Shown: piece after piece, positions 1 through 18,859 of the stretch
Position numbering within the stretch: position 1 is the first letter of the stretch
Layout of the letters: each line of letters opens with the position of its first letter
Source of the DNA: the human T2T-CHM13v2.0 reference genome, Homo sapiens
Length of the DNA stretch: 64,000 bases
Reading direction: 5' to 3' (one strand)
Assembly (NCBI RefSeq): GCF_009914755.1
Contig: NC_060936.1
Position numbers and translations under genes: made by a program
The notes under the pieces: generated by a model
The model's input: the letters and a program-made list of their open reading frames with translations, nothing else
Database searches by the model: none
What the model was told of the DNA's origin: nothing

Positions 1-908
<908 letters not shown>

Positions 909-1445
909 TCACTGGATCAAGCCATGCTACTCCAGCCTGGGCAACAAAGTAAGACCCTGACTCAATAAAATAAAATAAAATTTGTAAATGTTCATTGCTT
1001 ATAACTGTTAACTATAGCTCACCTAGGCTGGCACAGCCAGAGTGGGGAGGCCGAGCCTGCAAATGTGGCCAGTATGCTCCCATAGGCCAGGTTGAGTTGG
1101 AGGAAAAAGACATCACCTGGTTCACCCCAGGTACTTAAAGTTTCCAACCTCCTATTCCCCGGGGGTGACTTCCACCTCCAGCTTTCCTTACTGATAATTA
1201 TAAGGCTAACACCTGGTGACCCCTAGGCACTGTTTACTGTGGCCTTGATGTCCTGACCCTGACGCTGTATTCTCACCTCCTGCCTCATCAAGGTATAGCC
1301 AGCTAGGCAGGGCAAGCTCAAACCCCTTTCTCCAGGTCATTCTACTCCTCAGTCACCTTCAACGGTCTTCCTCTTCCAGGCAGCTCTCCTAGGTTACCTA
1401 GGAATAAAGCCTGAAGAATAGCACCATTTAAAATCTTCCTTGGCA

Positions 1446-1770
1446 GCCGGGCGCTATGGCTTATGCCTGTAATCCCAGCACTTTGGGAGGCTGAGGCAGC
1501 AGGATCACTTGAGGCCAGGAATTTGAGACCAGGTTGATCAACATGGAAAAACCCCGTCTCCACTAAAAACACAAAAGTTAGCCGGGCCCGGTAGCGTACG
1601 CTTGTAATCCCAGCTACTCAGGAGGCTGAGGCATGAGAATTGCTTAAACTTGGGAGGTGGAGGTTGCAGTGAGTCGAGATGGTGCCCAGTGCACTCCAGC
1701 CTAGGCAACAGGGTGAGACTCTGTCTCAAAAAAATGAAAAAATAATAAATAAATAAATAAATAAATAAAT
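1446..1770 (+). mobile_element. Alu with (TAAA)n tail
   Basis: Alu consensus; TSD-like AAAATCTTCCTTGG / AAGGTCTTCCTTGG. Confidence 0.9.
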
Positions 1771-1781
1771 AAGGTCTTCCT

Positions 1782-2464
<683 letters not shown>

Positions 2465-2754
2465 GTCTTCCTAAACCATCAGCATCCTATGAGCTTTCAG
2501 AGAACTGAAGACTCCATGAACCACGGACTGGGAGGCGTGAGGTCAGTGTGGCAGGAGGAGAGGTGCCTAAGGTCACACTGTGGCAATGAAAACTCAGGTC
2601 AGAGGTGGGAAATGCCAGAATTCAATTCTCTGCTTCAATACAGAAAAACTCCCATCCAGGGAGCTGCAAACCCTTTCTGGGTTTCCCAAGACTCTCTCCT
2701 CAAAGCCACAAATCAAGTACCACGAATCTCAGATGTGTGTCTGTACGTGGCTCA

Positions 2755-3424
<670 letters not shown>

Positions 3425-3429
3425 CTAGG

Positions 3430-3674
3430 TCAGTGGACCCCAGTCTCTGGTCCTTTAGTTTTCACTGGTTGGAAACAGAATGAGAAAAACTATCAAAGTT
3501 AAAGTACTATCCTTTATTCTGACATTTTATACTTGTAACTTTTTTAGTGTCAGAATAGACCATGGGGTTTGTTGATCTTAACACCCATCTTTAGCAAAAT
3601 TATAAGTTGGCAACTCTGTATCTGTTCCTAAGTTTTTTTTCACTGGTCCATGAAATCAATGGCTGGGAACCGCT
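3430..3674. mobile_element. Non-autonomous hAT-Charlie-type (MER5-like) DNA transposon remnant
   Basis: Ends CAGTGGACCCCA...TGGGAACCGCTG resemble Charlie TIRs; internal inverted repeat TATTCTGACA/TGTCAGAATA. Confidence 0.55.
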
Positions 3675-4978
3675 GAACTATGCTGCACCCTCCCTCCCAC
3701 CCTACCCCACCCCTGTATCTCAGAGGGTGGCAAATTCCAACTGTCCCTTTTCTACTTCCCAAAACTCCAGGGGAAAAAATCCTGGTATCTCAATGCATGA
3801 CCCTTCAGGCCAGAAGTCTTTGCCAGGACCTAACTGGACTCCTGCTTGCAGCAACTCAAATGCACATTTCCTCTTCCTGCCTTCAATAGACAGCCACGCC
3901 CACACCCCTGCTGCCAGGGCTTCTCAAGACCTCCCCCAGCTTGCTTAAGTCACCAACATCAACACCCACACCATCCCACACAGGGGAAAAGTGATGAGCC
4001 ACCTCCCAGCTCTGCATAAGGCCTGGACAGAGAGACTTAAGGCCTGTTAGGCTCAGAGGATGGGGTTGGGAGGGAACTTGAGGGTCCCAGAGTTCAGCTC
4101 CACCCCACCACCATTGTAGAGAGAGCTGAGGTGCAGAGAGAGGAAGAGACCAGCTAACGTCACAGAGTCAGCAGCAAGGCCAAGAGCCTTCCAGTCATCC
4201 TTTGAATCCAGGGCCAATCCAGCAACACCTGCAGAGTGGATTGAGCACAGCTTAGAAGGAGGATGCCACCTCCTTCCCGAGTCTCCACTACTCCACATCT
4301 GCCAGGGTGTCCCCTATAAACGCTGACCACCAAGTGCAGTTCCCTTCCATCCCAAGCAGGGGTCGGTCCCTTCCCTGAGCCAAGCAGGTCTGAGGACAGA
4401 CCTGGGGCCATGGTAACAAAGTCATCCCCGCACTAAACCCTGCTACTTCCAAATGCCAAATCTCCCTAATAGGGAAGTCTCCAGTTTCTGCCCAACTTTC
4501 TAGAAGCACCCAGGTGTTGGAGGCCCCATCCCCATAGCAGGAACTGCTACTACAACCACCACTAGTGCTTGATGTCCAGACCTAAGACCAGTTTCTAGCC
4601 CAACTCTCAGAAACATCTTGGTGGCCTCAAAGGATACTCCTATCCTCTGGTCCAAGCTTCCACCCAGTTGTAGATTGTCTGCAAGCACCTTGAGTCATCC
4701 ATATCTACTTTCTACTTGTATGCCTCCAGTGACAGGGAGCTCACTACCTAACAGAGCAAGTTATTTCAACACCACTCGGCTATACTCCTTTCAGGAGACA
4801 ATCCTTCACCTGGCTGACTGCAGTTACCATATGCCTTCACTTCCTCATGTAAAGCAACCCAATTCCTCCTTCAAACACATCTCACCTGATGTGGTTTCCA
4901 GACACACCCACACCCCACTTCAGGTTGATTTAACCTCCAAAGTACAATGACCAAGAGGAACAAAACCTCCTTCCTACA

Positions 4979-5304
4979 GGCTAGGTGCGGTGGCTCACAT
5001 GTGTAATCCTAGCACTTTGGGAGGCCAAGGAGGGAGAATCCCTTGAGGCCAGGAGTTGGAGACCAGCCGGGACAACATGGCAAAACCCCACCTCTACTAA
5101 AAATACAAAAATTAGCTGGGCATGTTGGCGCACGTCTGTAATCCCAGCTACTTGGGAGGCTGAGACTTGGGAGGCTGAGACTTGGGAGGCTGACATGAGA
5201 ACTGCTTGAACCTGGGAGGTGAAGGTTGCAGTGAGCCAAGATCACGCCACTGCACCCTAGCCTGGGTGACAGAGCAAGACTGTCTCAAAAAAAAAAGAAA
5301 AAAA
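4979..5304 (+). mobile_element. Alu with internal 15-bp triplication
   Basis: Alu consensus; CTTGGGAGGCTGAGA x3 at 5151-5195. Confidence 0.9.
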
Positions 5305-5926
5305 GCACAACTCCTATGTGTGGCCTGACCCCCTCCCTCTACACAGCAGGACTATCACCTCTCTCATCCTAGGTAGAATGCTTCCATTAATGCAACCTAA
5401 GAGATAATTCCCTGACCCCTAGGTCATCAGCCACATCTACTAGTGACTGAGCCAGGAACCAGCCAAAAGCCCTTAGTCCATCTCCAGTGAACTGGAGGCA
5501 AGGAGATCTGAACTCACTCAGCCCTCATGACCACCCTGGGGAAATCTTAATCCTATTTTACAGATGGGAATAGAGGCACGAAGAAGTGAAGTCACAGCCT
5601 CTAAGTGGTCGATCCAGAATTCCACCTGAGGCCATGCACAGCCCTTCCCCAGACCCTGCCTCAGGGCAAACCCACCCCCATTACCCAACACACAATCTCC
5701 ACAGGAAGTCCTGCACAGGGATTCGAGTCTCCCCTGAGAGGGCCCAAGGCCTTCTCCAAGGGAGAGAGAATTCCAGCCCGTAGGTGGTAGATACAGGTGG
5801 GATGTGAGGGGAAAACTGCACGGCTTTTCCCTCCAGCCCACGGCTGGCTCCCCTCGGGGACTGCCAATGGCCTGTCAAACCCACCAGGCCCAGAGCAACC
5901 CTCAGGGGGCCTAAAACCCTGGCTCA

Positions 5927-6148
<222 letters not shown>

Positions 6149-7000
6149 TCAGCTGGAGACCCAGGCCCAGACAAGACCCAGAGAGAGGGCCCCACCTGCC
6201 TGGCGGAAGGGGAGGGGGCGAGACAAGCTGTGTGTGGGGTGGGGGGTGTGGAGAGATGGCAGATCCATCCCTCTGGACTCTCTGCAAGGCCAGGTCCCTA
6301 GAGCCTCTGGGGAGGCAGGAAGGGCTGTGCCCACCTTCAGGGAACCTCCATTCCTGCTGAAATCCCAGGATGGGAGTACTTCCTGGACTGGGTGGGACAT
6401 GCTTTCTCCCGAACCACAGGCTTGTCTAGGAGGTGGGGGAAGGAGAGGAAGGGAATTTCCTAAGTTGTAAGATAAAATAGCCCAGTAAATAAACCCAGCT
6501 TGTGCATACTTTGGAGGAGGAGGAAAAACATCTGGAATCAAGTGGGTTGACTTCCTCCCAGAATTTCTTCCAACACGTTCAGTTAAAACAAACGCACATG
6601 CAGACCCAGCCAAGCAGGGTGGCACAGGCTTATTTTCAAGAAGCACCCACCTCCATCAGGGACACCCACATCCCCACGTGGACACGCAACAAAAGCAGAC
6701 ACAGGGAGCACCCTTAGCATTCTGTCCCCAGTGCAAAATGTTCCTAGAGGCAGGTGGTGCTGGCAACTAGACTTTAAAGTAAAAAGGTCCCAGGGCAGGA
6801 GCTGAGATGACAGCCAGAGAAGATGAATGCTGGACGTTCTCGAGCCAAACCCAAGCTTCAAATCTGGCCCAAGGAGCTTTGAACACCAGACTGGGTGAGT
6901 GGAGCAGGCCTGCATGGGTGACTAGATGCGATGTAAAAGGGCTGAACTTGACCTTGCCCTCCAGAAGGAGGAGGTGGTTCTAGGGAAAGAAGCGACCCTG

Positions 7001-7531
7001 GGCCAGGAGCCATGGCCCACGCCTACAATCCCAGCACTTTGGAAGACCAAGACGAGAGGATCACGTGAGCCCAGGACTTTGAGAACAAGTCCCAGCTACT
7101 CGAGAGCTGAGGTGGGAAGATCGCTTGAGCCCAGGAGGTGGAGGCTACAGCGAGCTGTGATTTCGCCACTGCACTCCACCCTGGGTGACAGAGCAAGACC
7201 CTATCTCTTAAAAAATAATAATTTTTTAAAAAAAAAGCCGGGCACAGTGGCTCACGCCTCTAATCCCAGCACTTTGGGAGGCCAAGGCGGGCGGATCACG
7301 AGGTCAGGAGATCAAGACCATCCTGGCTAACACGGTGAAACCCCGTCTCTACTAAAAATACAAAAAATTAGCAGGGCGTGGTAGCAGGCACTTGTAGTCC
7401 CAGCTACTCAGGAGGCTGAGGCAGGAGAATGGCATGAACCCAGGAGGCAGAGCTTGCAGTGAGCCGAGATTGCACCACTGCACTCCAGCCTGGGCGACAG
7501 AGCGAGACTCCATCTCAAAAAAAAAAAAAAA
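7001..7531 (+). mobile_element. Old deleted Alu plus AluY-like element in intron 7
   Basis: Alu consensus. Confidence 0.9.
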
Positions 7532-7646
7532 GAGTAATCCTTAAAGTACTCCTGGGGCAGGGCTGGTTGGAGGAGGGAGGTGGGAGGAGAGGGAAAGGTA
7601 AGTGAGCCCCTCCCCACACAAACAGCTAGAGATGCATAGAAAGTTA

Positions 7647-7826
<180 letters not shown>

Positions 7827-8507
7827 TCAGAGGTCCTGAACTGGTGCCCTTTTATAAACGCTGACGCTGGGGAATTTTCTTTTTTTCTTCTTTAAAAATC
7901 CAAATGTAATCGGAGTTCCCCACGGGGGAAGCCCCTGTGATCAGGTGACAAATCTCAAGCACTGGTCGCCTACCTACCCCAGAGGCTGGGAGTGATACAC
8001 TTGTTTTCAGGTTCTTGCGAGAAGTGGCAACCCACAGACCACTTTACAGGTTCCTAACGGGGTGGGTTTCTACCTTTGCCCCACCTCTGCCCTCCCCCAG
8101 TTAGAGGCTTCCTCTCTGCTCCTTCACAGCTTGGATACCTGCAGTTCTCCCAAGCTGCCAGCCCCCTTTGTAGCAGCTGGGCCCCCTGGAATTCAGTTGT
8201 AAACCACCTGCACAGCTTGCCAATTACCAGTCCCCATTCATCTCCTCATTCATTCAACCAGAGGTCCAGCCCCGAGCCAGCTTTGGCCTTGAGAGAAATG
8301 CATAAGAATGCAGAAGACCCCTGCCCCTAACTGTGCGACACTCCTAAAGAAGCAATGCACAGGAAAAGTTAAATGACCAAAAAAAAAAAAACCCACACAC
8401 ACAAAAAACAAAAAAACAAAACTGCAATTGATTGCCAAGTAAGCAATGCAGCTAGAAAAGTAAGGGGGGGTTCCAGCCCCAAAAGACCAAGCGGTGTCTG
8501 GTCCCAC

Positions 8508-8760
8508 GTATACAAAATGTGCAGAGTAGACAAATCTATAGAGACAGAAAGCAGATTAGTGGGTGTCAGGGGCTGGGGGGCAGGACAATGGGGAATGACT
8601 GCTAATGGGTACAGGGTTTCATTCTGGGGTGATGAAAATGTTCTAAAATTAACTGTGGTTGCAAAACTCTGTGAACATACTAAAACCCGTTGAATTGTAC
8701 ACTTTTACATGGGTGAACGGTCTGTGAATTATGTCTCAGTAAGGCTGTTATAAACAAGTA
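8508..8760 (+). mobile_element. L1M (L1MB/MC-type) 3' end
   Basis: ATAGAGACAGAAAGCAGATTAGTGG...GGGTGATGAAAATGTTCTAAAATT pattern typical of old L1 3' UTRs. Confidence 0.75.
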
Positions 8761-11079
8761 AAGAATTTAAGAGAAATTAAATTGGGGGTGGTGGCCATGC
8801 ACAGAGGAAGAGAAGGAGGAGGAAGAACTTGGACCTTGGAGGCTGGGGCCGGGGAGTGAATCCAGGGGAAGCAGGAACTGGCCAGCAGCCATCCCCTTCT
8901 CAGTGCTATGGAGGGCTGGAGAGCCCACCCTTCCTTGCAGAAACACCCAGGGCTCCCCTCCTCCCTCAACTGCTGCCCTCTTAGGAGTGGGGCAGAGCTG
9001 AAGGAGGAGGGGGCACAGAGAAGGCTTCCAAGTCCAGGCCTGGCACATGACGGTGCCAGGGACCCCTCCCTGCCACTTGCCCCTTCCCACTAGAGCCCCA
9101 GGTGGCACGGATGGGCAGCCTCCCCACCGCTCACGCCCATGCACCTTGGCACCTCCGGAGCCCGCAACACATGCTTACCCCACTGACCTCTTTTCCCCGC
9201 TGCACTTTGCCTTTCCATGGTTTGGGGAAGAGGGAAGGAATGGGGCGGGGACGGACAGGGAGGAGCCAGCAGCGCGCCGGCACGAGTGGAGATAATGCGG
9301 GGAGTGGGGCTGAGCTGGTTAGAAGGCGGAGGGCTCCTGGTGCCCCCTCCCTCTGGCTGCCTTTTGCACCTCGCTTTCAGGTGGACCGGGGGCTCAGCAG
9401 TATGCAGGCGGCGTGCCCGCGTCCCTCCTCCCCATAGGCTGGAAGGAGCCTTAACCATGTGTCTGCAGGAGGCTGACAAATCAGAAGGCCTTCCAGTACA
9501 TCAGAGCCCCGCTGCCTAGCAACCCCATCGGAGGGGTGTAGTTGACAGCACAGGACGCAGGCTGTCACGAAGACAGGCGCGGGCTGCGGAGCTGGCAATG
9601 GGGTGGTCAAAGTCCCGACTCTGGGCTCCACACCGTCCTCACCTGTAGGCCGGCTGGGCCCAGCGGGGTCCCCGCCTGAAGGCCTGGGTGATCCTCTTCT
9701 CTCTAAGGAAAGGGGGGGTCCTGAAGCCCTCACCCACCCCACCCCCACGGACCACACTGGCCTCTTCTCTCTAAGCACCACTTCAAAATATTAGTCTTCA
9801 TTTCCCTAAAACCATCTCTTCGTCTTGGTTTTTTTTTTTTTTTCTTTTTTTAATCTAACCTTGGTTTCCACCCCCTCCAGGCCTCAGCTGAACACAGTCT
9901 AGGGAAAACAATCTAAGTATGTGCGGGGCGGAGCCCAGAGAACGTGCTTCTCTTGTCGACAGCTGGAAGCCCGCGGGTACCCACAGCAGAGAGGAGAGGA
10001 CAGGAGCTCGCCTCTTGGGCTGCGGGCCCCAGGGCTGCCTGGCTAACCAGGTCACCCCCATCCTGCCATCCTCCAGCTCCCCGCAACCCCGACCTCCCCA
10101 GCACGTGCAGAAAAGAATCGCTGCAAGCTGGCTGCAGTGTGCAGGGAAAGTTCTCCAAGTTGAGTCTGTGTCTGATCTGCCCTCTGGGTCACCCTCCAGC
10201 ATCCAGAGGCCCCTCGGGGGGCTGGGGCCGCCTCTTCCAGACCTGCCTCTCCCGGAGAGGCCCCTCCTCCCGGTGTCCCTCATTTCCTGGCCGCCAAGCC
10301 TGGCCGCCCCTCCCACCCCGCGATCGCAGGCATTAGGGGAGCCAGGGTGGCTGGGACAGCGCGGCTTTGTCCGGCCCCTGCAGCGACAGGCCACCCCCGC
10401 TCCCGCCCCGCGCTGGCTCCGGGGCTCCCCCCTGGCTGGTTTGCTCGCTCGCTCTGGCGTGACGCCTTTGCACTGACCTCTGCAGCTTCCTCTTCCCAAG
10501 CACACCGCAGTCACATGGGCACCCCGGCTCGGTGCCACGGCCGCTAAGCTCTCCCCACGGCCAGCCGGCTAGCCCGGCTTCCGCCTGGGCCTCGGCCGCC
10601 CCCGGCCGCCCCCAGCTCAGGTGGCTTCTGTGCAGCAAGGCACCCTCCAAGTTGGCGGCAGATCATCGGGAGCCCCCGAACCGAGCCCTTGGGGGTTCCC
10701 GCCTGCCACGGCCGGGCCAGCCGGGGAGGAGGGCGGCAGGAGGGTTGCTGCACCTGCAGCACCAACTTTGGGGCGCTGCCTGGGGGCTGCGGAGGCGGGG
10801 CGGCCCCGCCCCACCTTTTTCCCTCCAACTTGGCGTAACTCCCCCGGTGGCTCGGGAGGCGTCCCCGTGGGGAAAGGGCCGGGAGGGGCGCCGGAACGCT
10901 GACACCCGAGGGGCGCGGGAGGTGCCAAGAGCGCGCCGCACACTCGCACCCGACCCCGGGAGACACAAAGAGCGGCTCCGCGACGCCGGCCCTGTAGCCC
11001 GCGGGCGGGAGGCCACCCACACCCGCCCCGCGCAGCGCCACAAAGGAGGGGGCGCCCGGGCAGCGCGGCCCGCGGTTAC

Positions 11080-11288
11080 CCTCGGCGGCGGCGGCGGCGG
11101 CTCCCGTGCGTCCCCTTCGGCTCCCGGGCGTCCCCTTCGGCTGCGGAGGCTCGACGCGCGCCCGGCCCCACTCCCGGCGGCAACGCGAGCCGAGCCCCCT
11201 CCACGGCGCTGCCAGGCCCCGGCCGAGGACGCGGGGCCCCCGCTCGCTGCCTTCCTTCCGCGGGGAGCCGGGCGCTGCCTGCGCTCAT
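11080..11288 (-). CDS. Candidate alternative first coding exon (MSAGSARLPAEGRQ...GSRRRRRRG) that would splice in frame to KDM2B exon 7
   Basis: ATG at 11288 (frame open up to ATG 11453); donor AGG|GTAACC at 11079; phase 2 matches the phase-2 acceptor of exon 7. Inferred only, no transcript evidence available. Confidence 0.45.
11083..11100. repeat. (CGG)6 trinucleotide repeat
   Basis: CGGCGGCGGCGGCGGCGG, followed by a 20-bp near-perfect tandem duplication at 11101-11140. Confidence 0.9.
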
Positions 11289-12364
11289 GCCCGCGCTGAA
11301 ACTGAACACCCGCGGCGCGGGGCCGCCAGGGAGGCGGAGGGAGGCCGCGGGGCGACCGGGAAGCAACGCGGGCCGGCGCCAGGAGACGCCCCTCGCCCGG
11401 CCGGTGGGGGTGCAGGGCTGGCTCTCCCCACCCCCCTGAGCCCCGTGTTCCATAGCAGGTGACGGCCAGCAAAGCCACCTTCCTAAGATGTGCCCCTCCA
11501 GATACAGCCATAGAAAGGACCCGAGCTAGGGGCCGCGGGGAGAGTGGGATCCGGAGTATGGTAGCGCTGAGAAGGGGGAAGCCGCTCTGACCCCAAGGCC
11601 CACGCGCTGTGTGACCTTAAACAACTCACTTCCCCTCTCTGAACAGCATCCTCACTGCTCGGCACTGAAGTTCAATTCTGCATTCTAAGATGTTCTTTTA
11701 CCACCCCTTCCCCTGCCTGGTGGCTTAGTGACTGTGTACCCTACATCATAGCATGGTTGAGAGACTCCTTTGAGATAAATACATATTCACCGCATCATCC
11801 AAACTGTGGTACCTGGATTACTTAATCCAAACTTCACAACAACCCTAAAAAGTCATTCCCAGGATTCTTCCTGTTTTCAGATAAGCACAGGGAGGCTTGT
11901 GACTCAAGCCTCGAGTTCGGGTCCAGCCTCCAGTTCGGGTCACCAGCCTATCAGAGGCAGTGCTCACCCAGGCAGCCTGTCTCCCAGTCCCTCAGCTTTG
12001 CCCCCATTGGTCTACCTGACACACCTCAACTCCAGGAGGAGTCCAGAGGTTACAGCCAAACCTCACCACTAACCTCCAGCTGCAGGTGGTGATCCCGCTC
12101 AAATCAGAAGTCCCACACTCAAGGTCACCAGAGTCCCCGCCCTCCTCCCACCCTGTCCCACACCCTTCTCCCAAACCACAAGGGGGCTGGAAATGGTCCC
12201 ATAGCCACTGCAGGGGCAGATTCCAGCCTCTCCATTCTTTCTCCAAACCCCAGCCACCAGGACTACTGAGCAATATTAATTAACAGGTTCTAATTACCAG
12301 TGCTAATAATAATAATAGCTGTTTACATGCGTGATCTCGTTTCACCCCTAAGACAACCAACATA

Positions 12365-14585
<2,221 letters not shown>

Positions 14586-15109
14586 GGAAGGACGGAGGGA
14601 AGGAGGGAGGGAGGGAGGGAGAGAGGGAGGGAAATTTTATTTATCAAGCAGAATCCTATAGATAAAAGAGAAAAAAAAAGAAAGCCTTGCTGGAGTGAGA
14701 GAGTAGCAGAAGCCCCAAAATGTACACAAAATGTGCCCCAAAATGTGCCCAGCCCAGTGCCTCTGTTTCCTCTTCTCTGTGTGTCAGGTTCTCACTCCCC
14801 CAACAATTTCCCCAGTTCCTCCTGCCACCCCCAGAAAGTACACAGGGAAGAGAACCCACTCAACTATCAATTATCTGAGGGCCAAACCTATGCTTTATGT
14901 GGGGTCCCCATTTTGCTGGGCTTTTGAGCTCCTTTACTGCTTGTCAGATCACAGCATATCTTCATTCCACCAAGAAACTTGATCTCTACAAACCTGTATT
15001 CTACAGGAGCAAAGGAGGGGAGGAGACTCACTAATCCACTTCTGGAATCTATCACAGAACCCAGCGGTGCTAAGTGAAAAAGGTGAGCCCATGTCATAGA
15101 ACTAGGCAA

Positions 15110-15785
15110 CTGTGGAGGCTTTGAAACATGTCTACAAATGCTTTGATACACCTCCCTTCGAGAGGCAGAGCTAAATTCTCCTCCCCTTGAGTATGAGCTG
15201 GACTTAGTGATTTACTTTTAATTAACAGAATATGGCAGGAGCAAACAATATGTGACTTTCAAAATTAGGTCATAAATGGCACTGTGGCTTCCTCCTTGGT
15301 GTTTCTTGAACCATTCACTATGGGGAACCCACTGCCATATCATGAGGACACTCAAGCAGACCTATGGAGAGCTATATGTGGCAAGGAACTGAGGCCTCCT
15401 GCCAACAGCCACGGGGATGCACCATCTTGGAAGCGGATCTTCCAGCCCATAGAGGCTTCAGCTGACTGCAGCCCAGGCCTACATCATTCCCCCCACTGCA
15501 ACATTTCTCACTATGTTGGCCAGGCTGCTCTTGAACTCCTGGGCTCAAGCACTCCACCCCCCTTGGCCTCCCAAAGTGCTGTGATTACAGGCGTAAGCCA
15601 CCACACATGGCCAAGGCCTAACACAAGCTTATAAGAGACCCTGAGCCAGAACCACCCAGCTCAGTTGTTCCCAGATTCCTGAATCACAGAAACTGTGAGA
15701 TAATGTTTGATGTTTTAAGCTGCTAAAATTTTTCTTAAGCTCTGAAGTTTTAGAATAATTATACAGCAATAAGCAACTAATGCAG
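15110..15785 (+). mobile_element. MLT1-family MaLR solo LTR with a nested Alu fragment (~15505-15612)
   Basis: AAGGAACTGAGGCCTCCTGCCAACAGCCA...AGAAACTGTGAGATAAT...TTTTAAGC...AACTAATGCA, typical of MLT1. Confidence 0.75.
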
Positions 15786-16233
15786 GAATACTCCCAAATA
15801 ACAGTCACTATCTATTTGGTTATAAGGAATTTTCTAAGACAAATGGTTCTATACATCCAATGCATTCCTGCAGGGTACAGATGAAGAAAAAGGCCATTGG
15901 CAGAGATGCACCTTGTCTTCAGTATTCATTCAGCCCAATCCTTTTTCCTGCTTTATGTTTCTCCATGACCATTAAACCTCCTAAATTATTCCCTCATTGG
16001 CTTTCCTGTCTCTTTTTTCCCACCACAATGTATGCTCCACGAGAATGGGGACTTGGCTTTATGCACTGAAGTCCACCCACTACTACATAGAATCATGTCT
16101 TGCACATAAGATAACTAATAAATTAACATACTCCTTGCAAATCTTTTGTCTCTGTGAAGGTGCAACTACCCCCACTCCACTCCTATTACTCCTACCTGTT
16201 TTTAAGTATCTCAACTAAAATAAAAATCACTGA

Positions 16234-18291
<2,058 letters not shown>

Positions 18292-18859
18292 CTACAGAAC
18301 TGTTCTACGATCCCGGAGGACTTCATCAGGGTGGGATTTTTTTTACCTTGCTTATTAACTGAAATCGGTATTCTTTTCAGCAAAACAAATGGACTATTTC
18401 CAAGATGACAATTTCCTTCCTAACGAGGTTCGAATCCTCTAACCAGTTCCCATGACCACTGACGGGGTCCGTAGCTCTATTCGCCACACAATTCGACCCC
18501 AAGACAAATGGTCCTAGAAAACTGGCAGTGTGTGCACAGTGACAGACAACGGTTTTAAAAAAAGAAAAAAAAATGAGTGTGTGAGCCTCACTTTTTTTTT
18601 TGGTAATTAGATAGGATCCTCAATATATTAATAGAGCTTACTATTTAAAGGAATCTTTCAATAAAGTGCAGAATATGCTGAGTATCTCAGGAAGGCAAGG
18701 TAGGCATTAATTATGAAACTGAAATCTGTGTCACCCAGCGCAGTCTCTTTTGCATTCCTAAATCTATGTCCAGCTGGACCCTCAGCCCCTCCGCTCTCCC
18801 TGCCCGTCACTCCCAATTCCACACCATGCCGTGGCCTCCTCATGTTCACGTGCCCCCAC

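Larger units (their letters stand above)
10220..11460. promoter_or_regulatory. Intragenic CpG island in KDM2B intron 6; probable internal promoter
   Basis: Very high CpG and GC over ~1.2 kb, GC boxes (GGCGGGGCGG/CCCCGCCCC ~10793-10813), set in a ~4.8 kb Alu-free zone. Confidence 0.85.

Noticed and set aside
10532-11511. Long overlapping ORFs (255 aa +, 282 aa -) across the internal CpG island
   Set aside because: Stop-poor GC-rich DNA with low-complexity products; only the frame ending at the 11079 donor has independent support.
14713-14750. Short tandem CCCCAAAATGTG x3 (also an 18-bp duplication at ~11908-11948)
   Set aside because: Ordinary slippage repeats with no spacer structure; not CRISPR-like.
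18380-18500. Possible tRNA gene around GGTTCGAATCC
   Set aside because: No acceptor stem, D-arm or anticodon arm could be folded; kept only as an isolated B-box.
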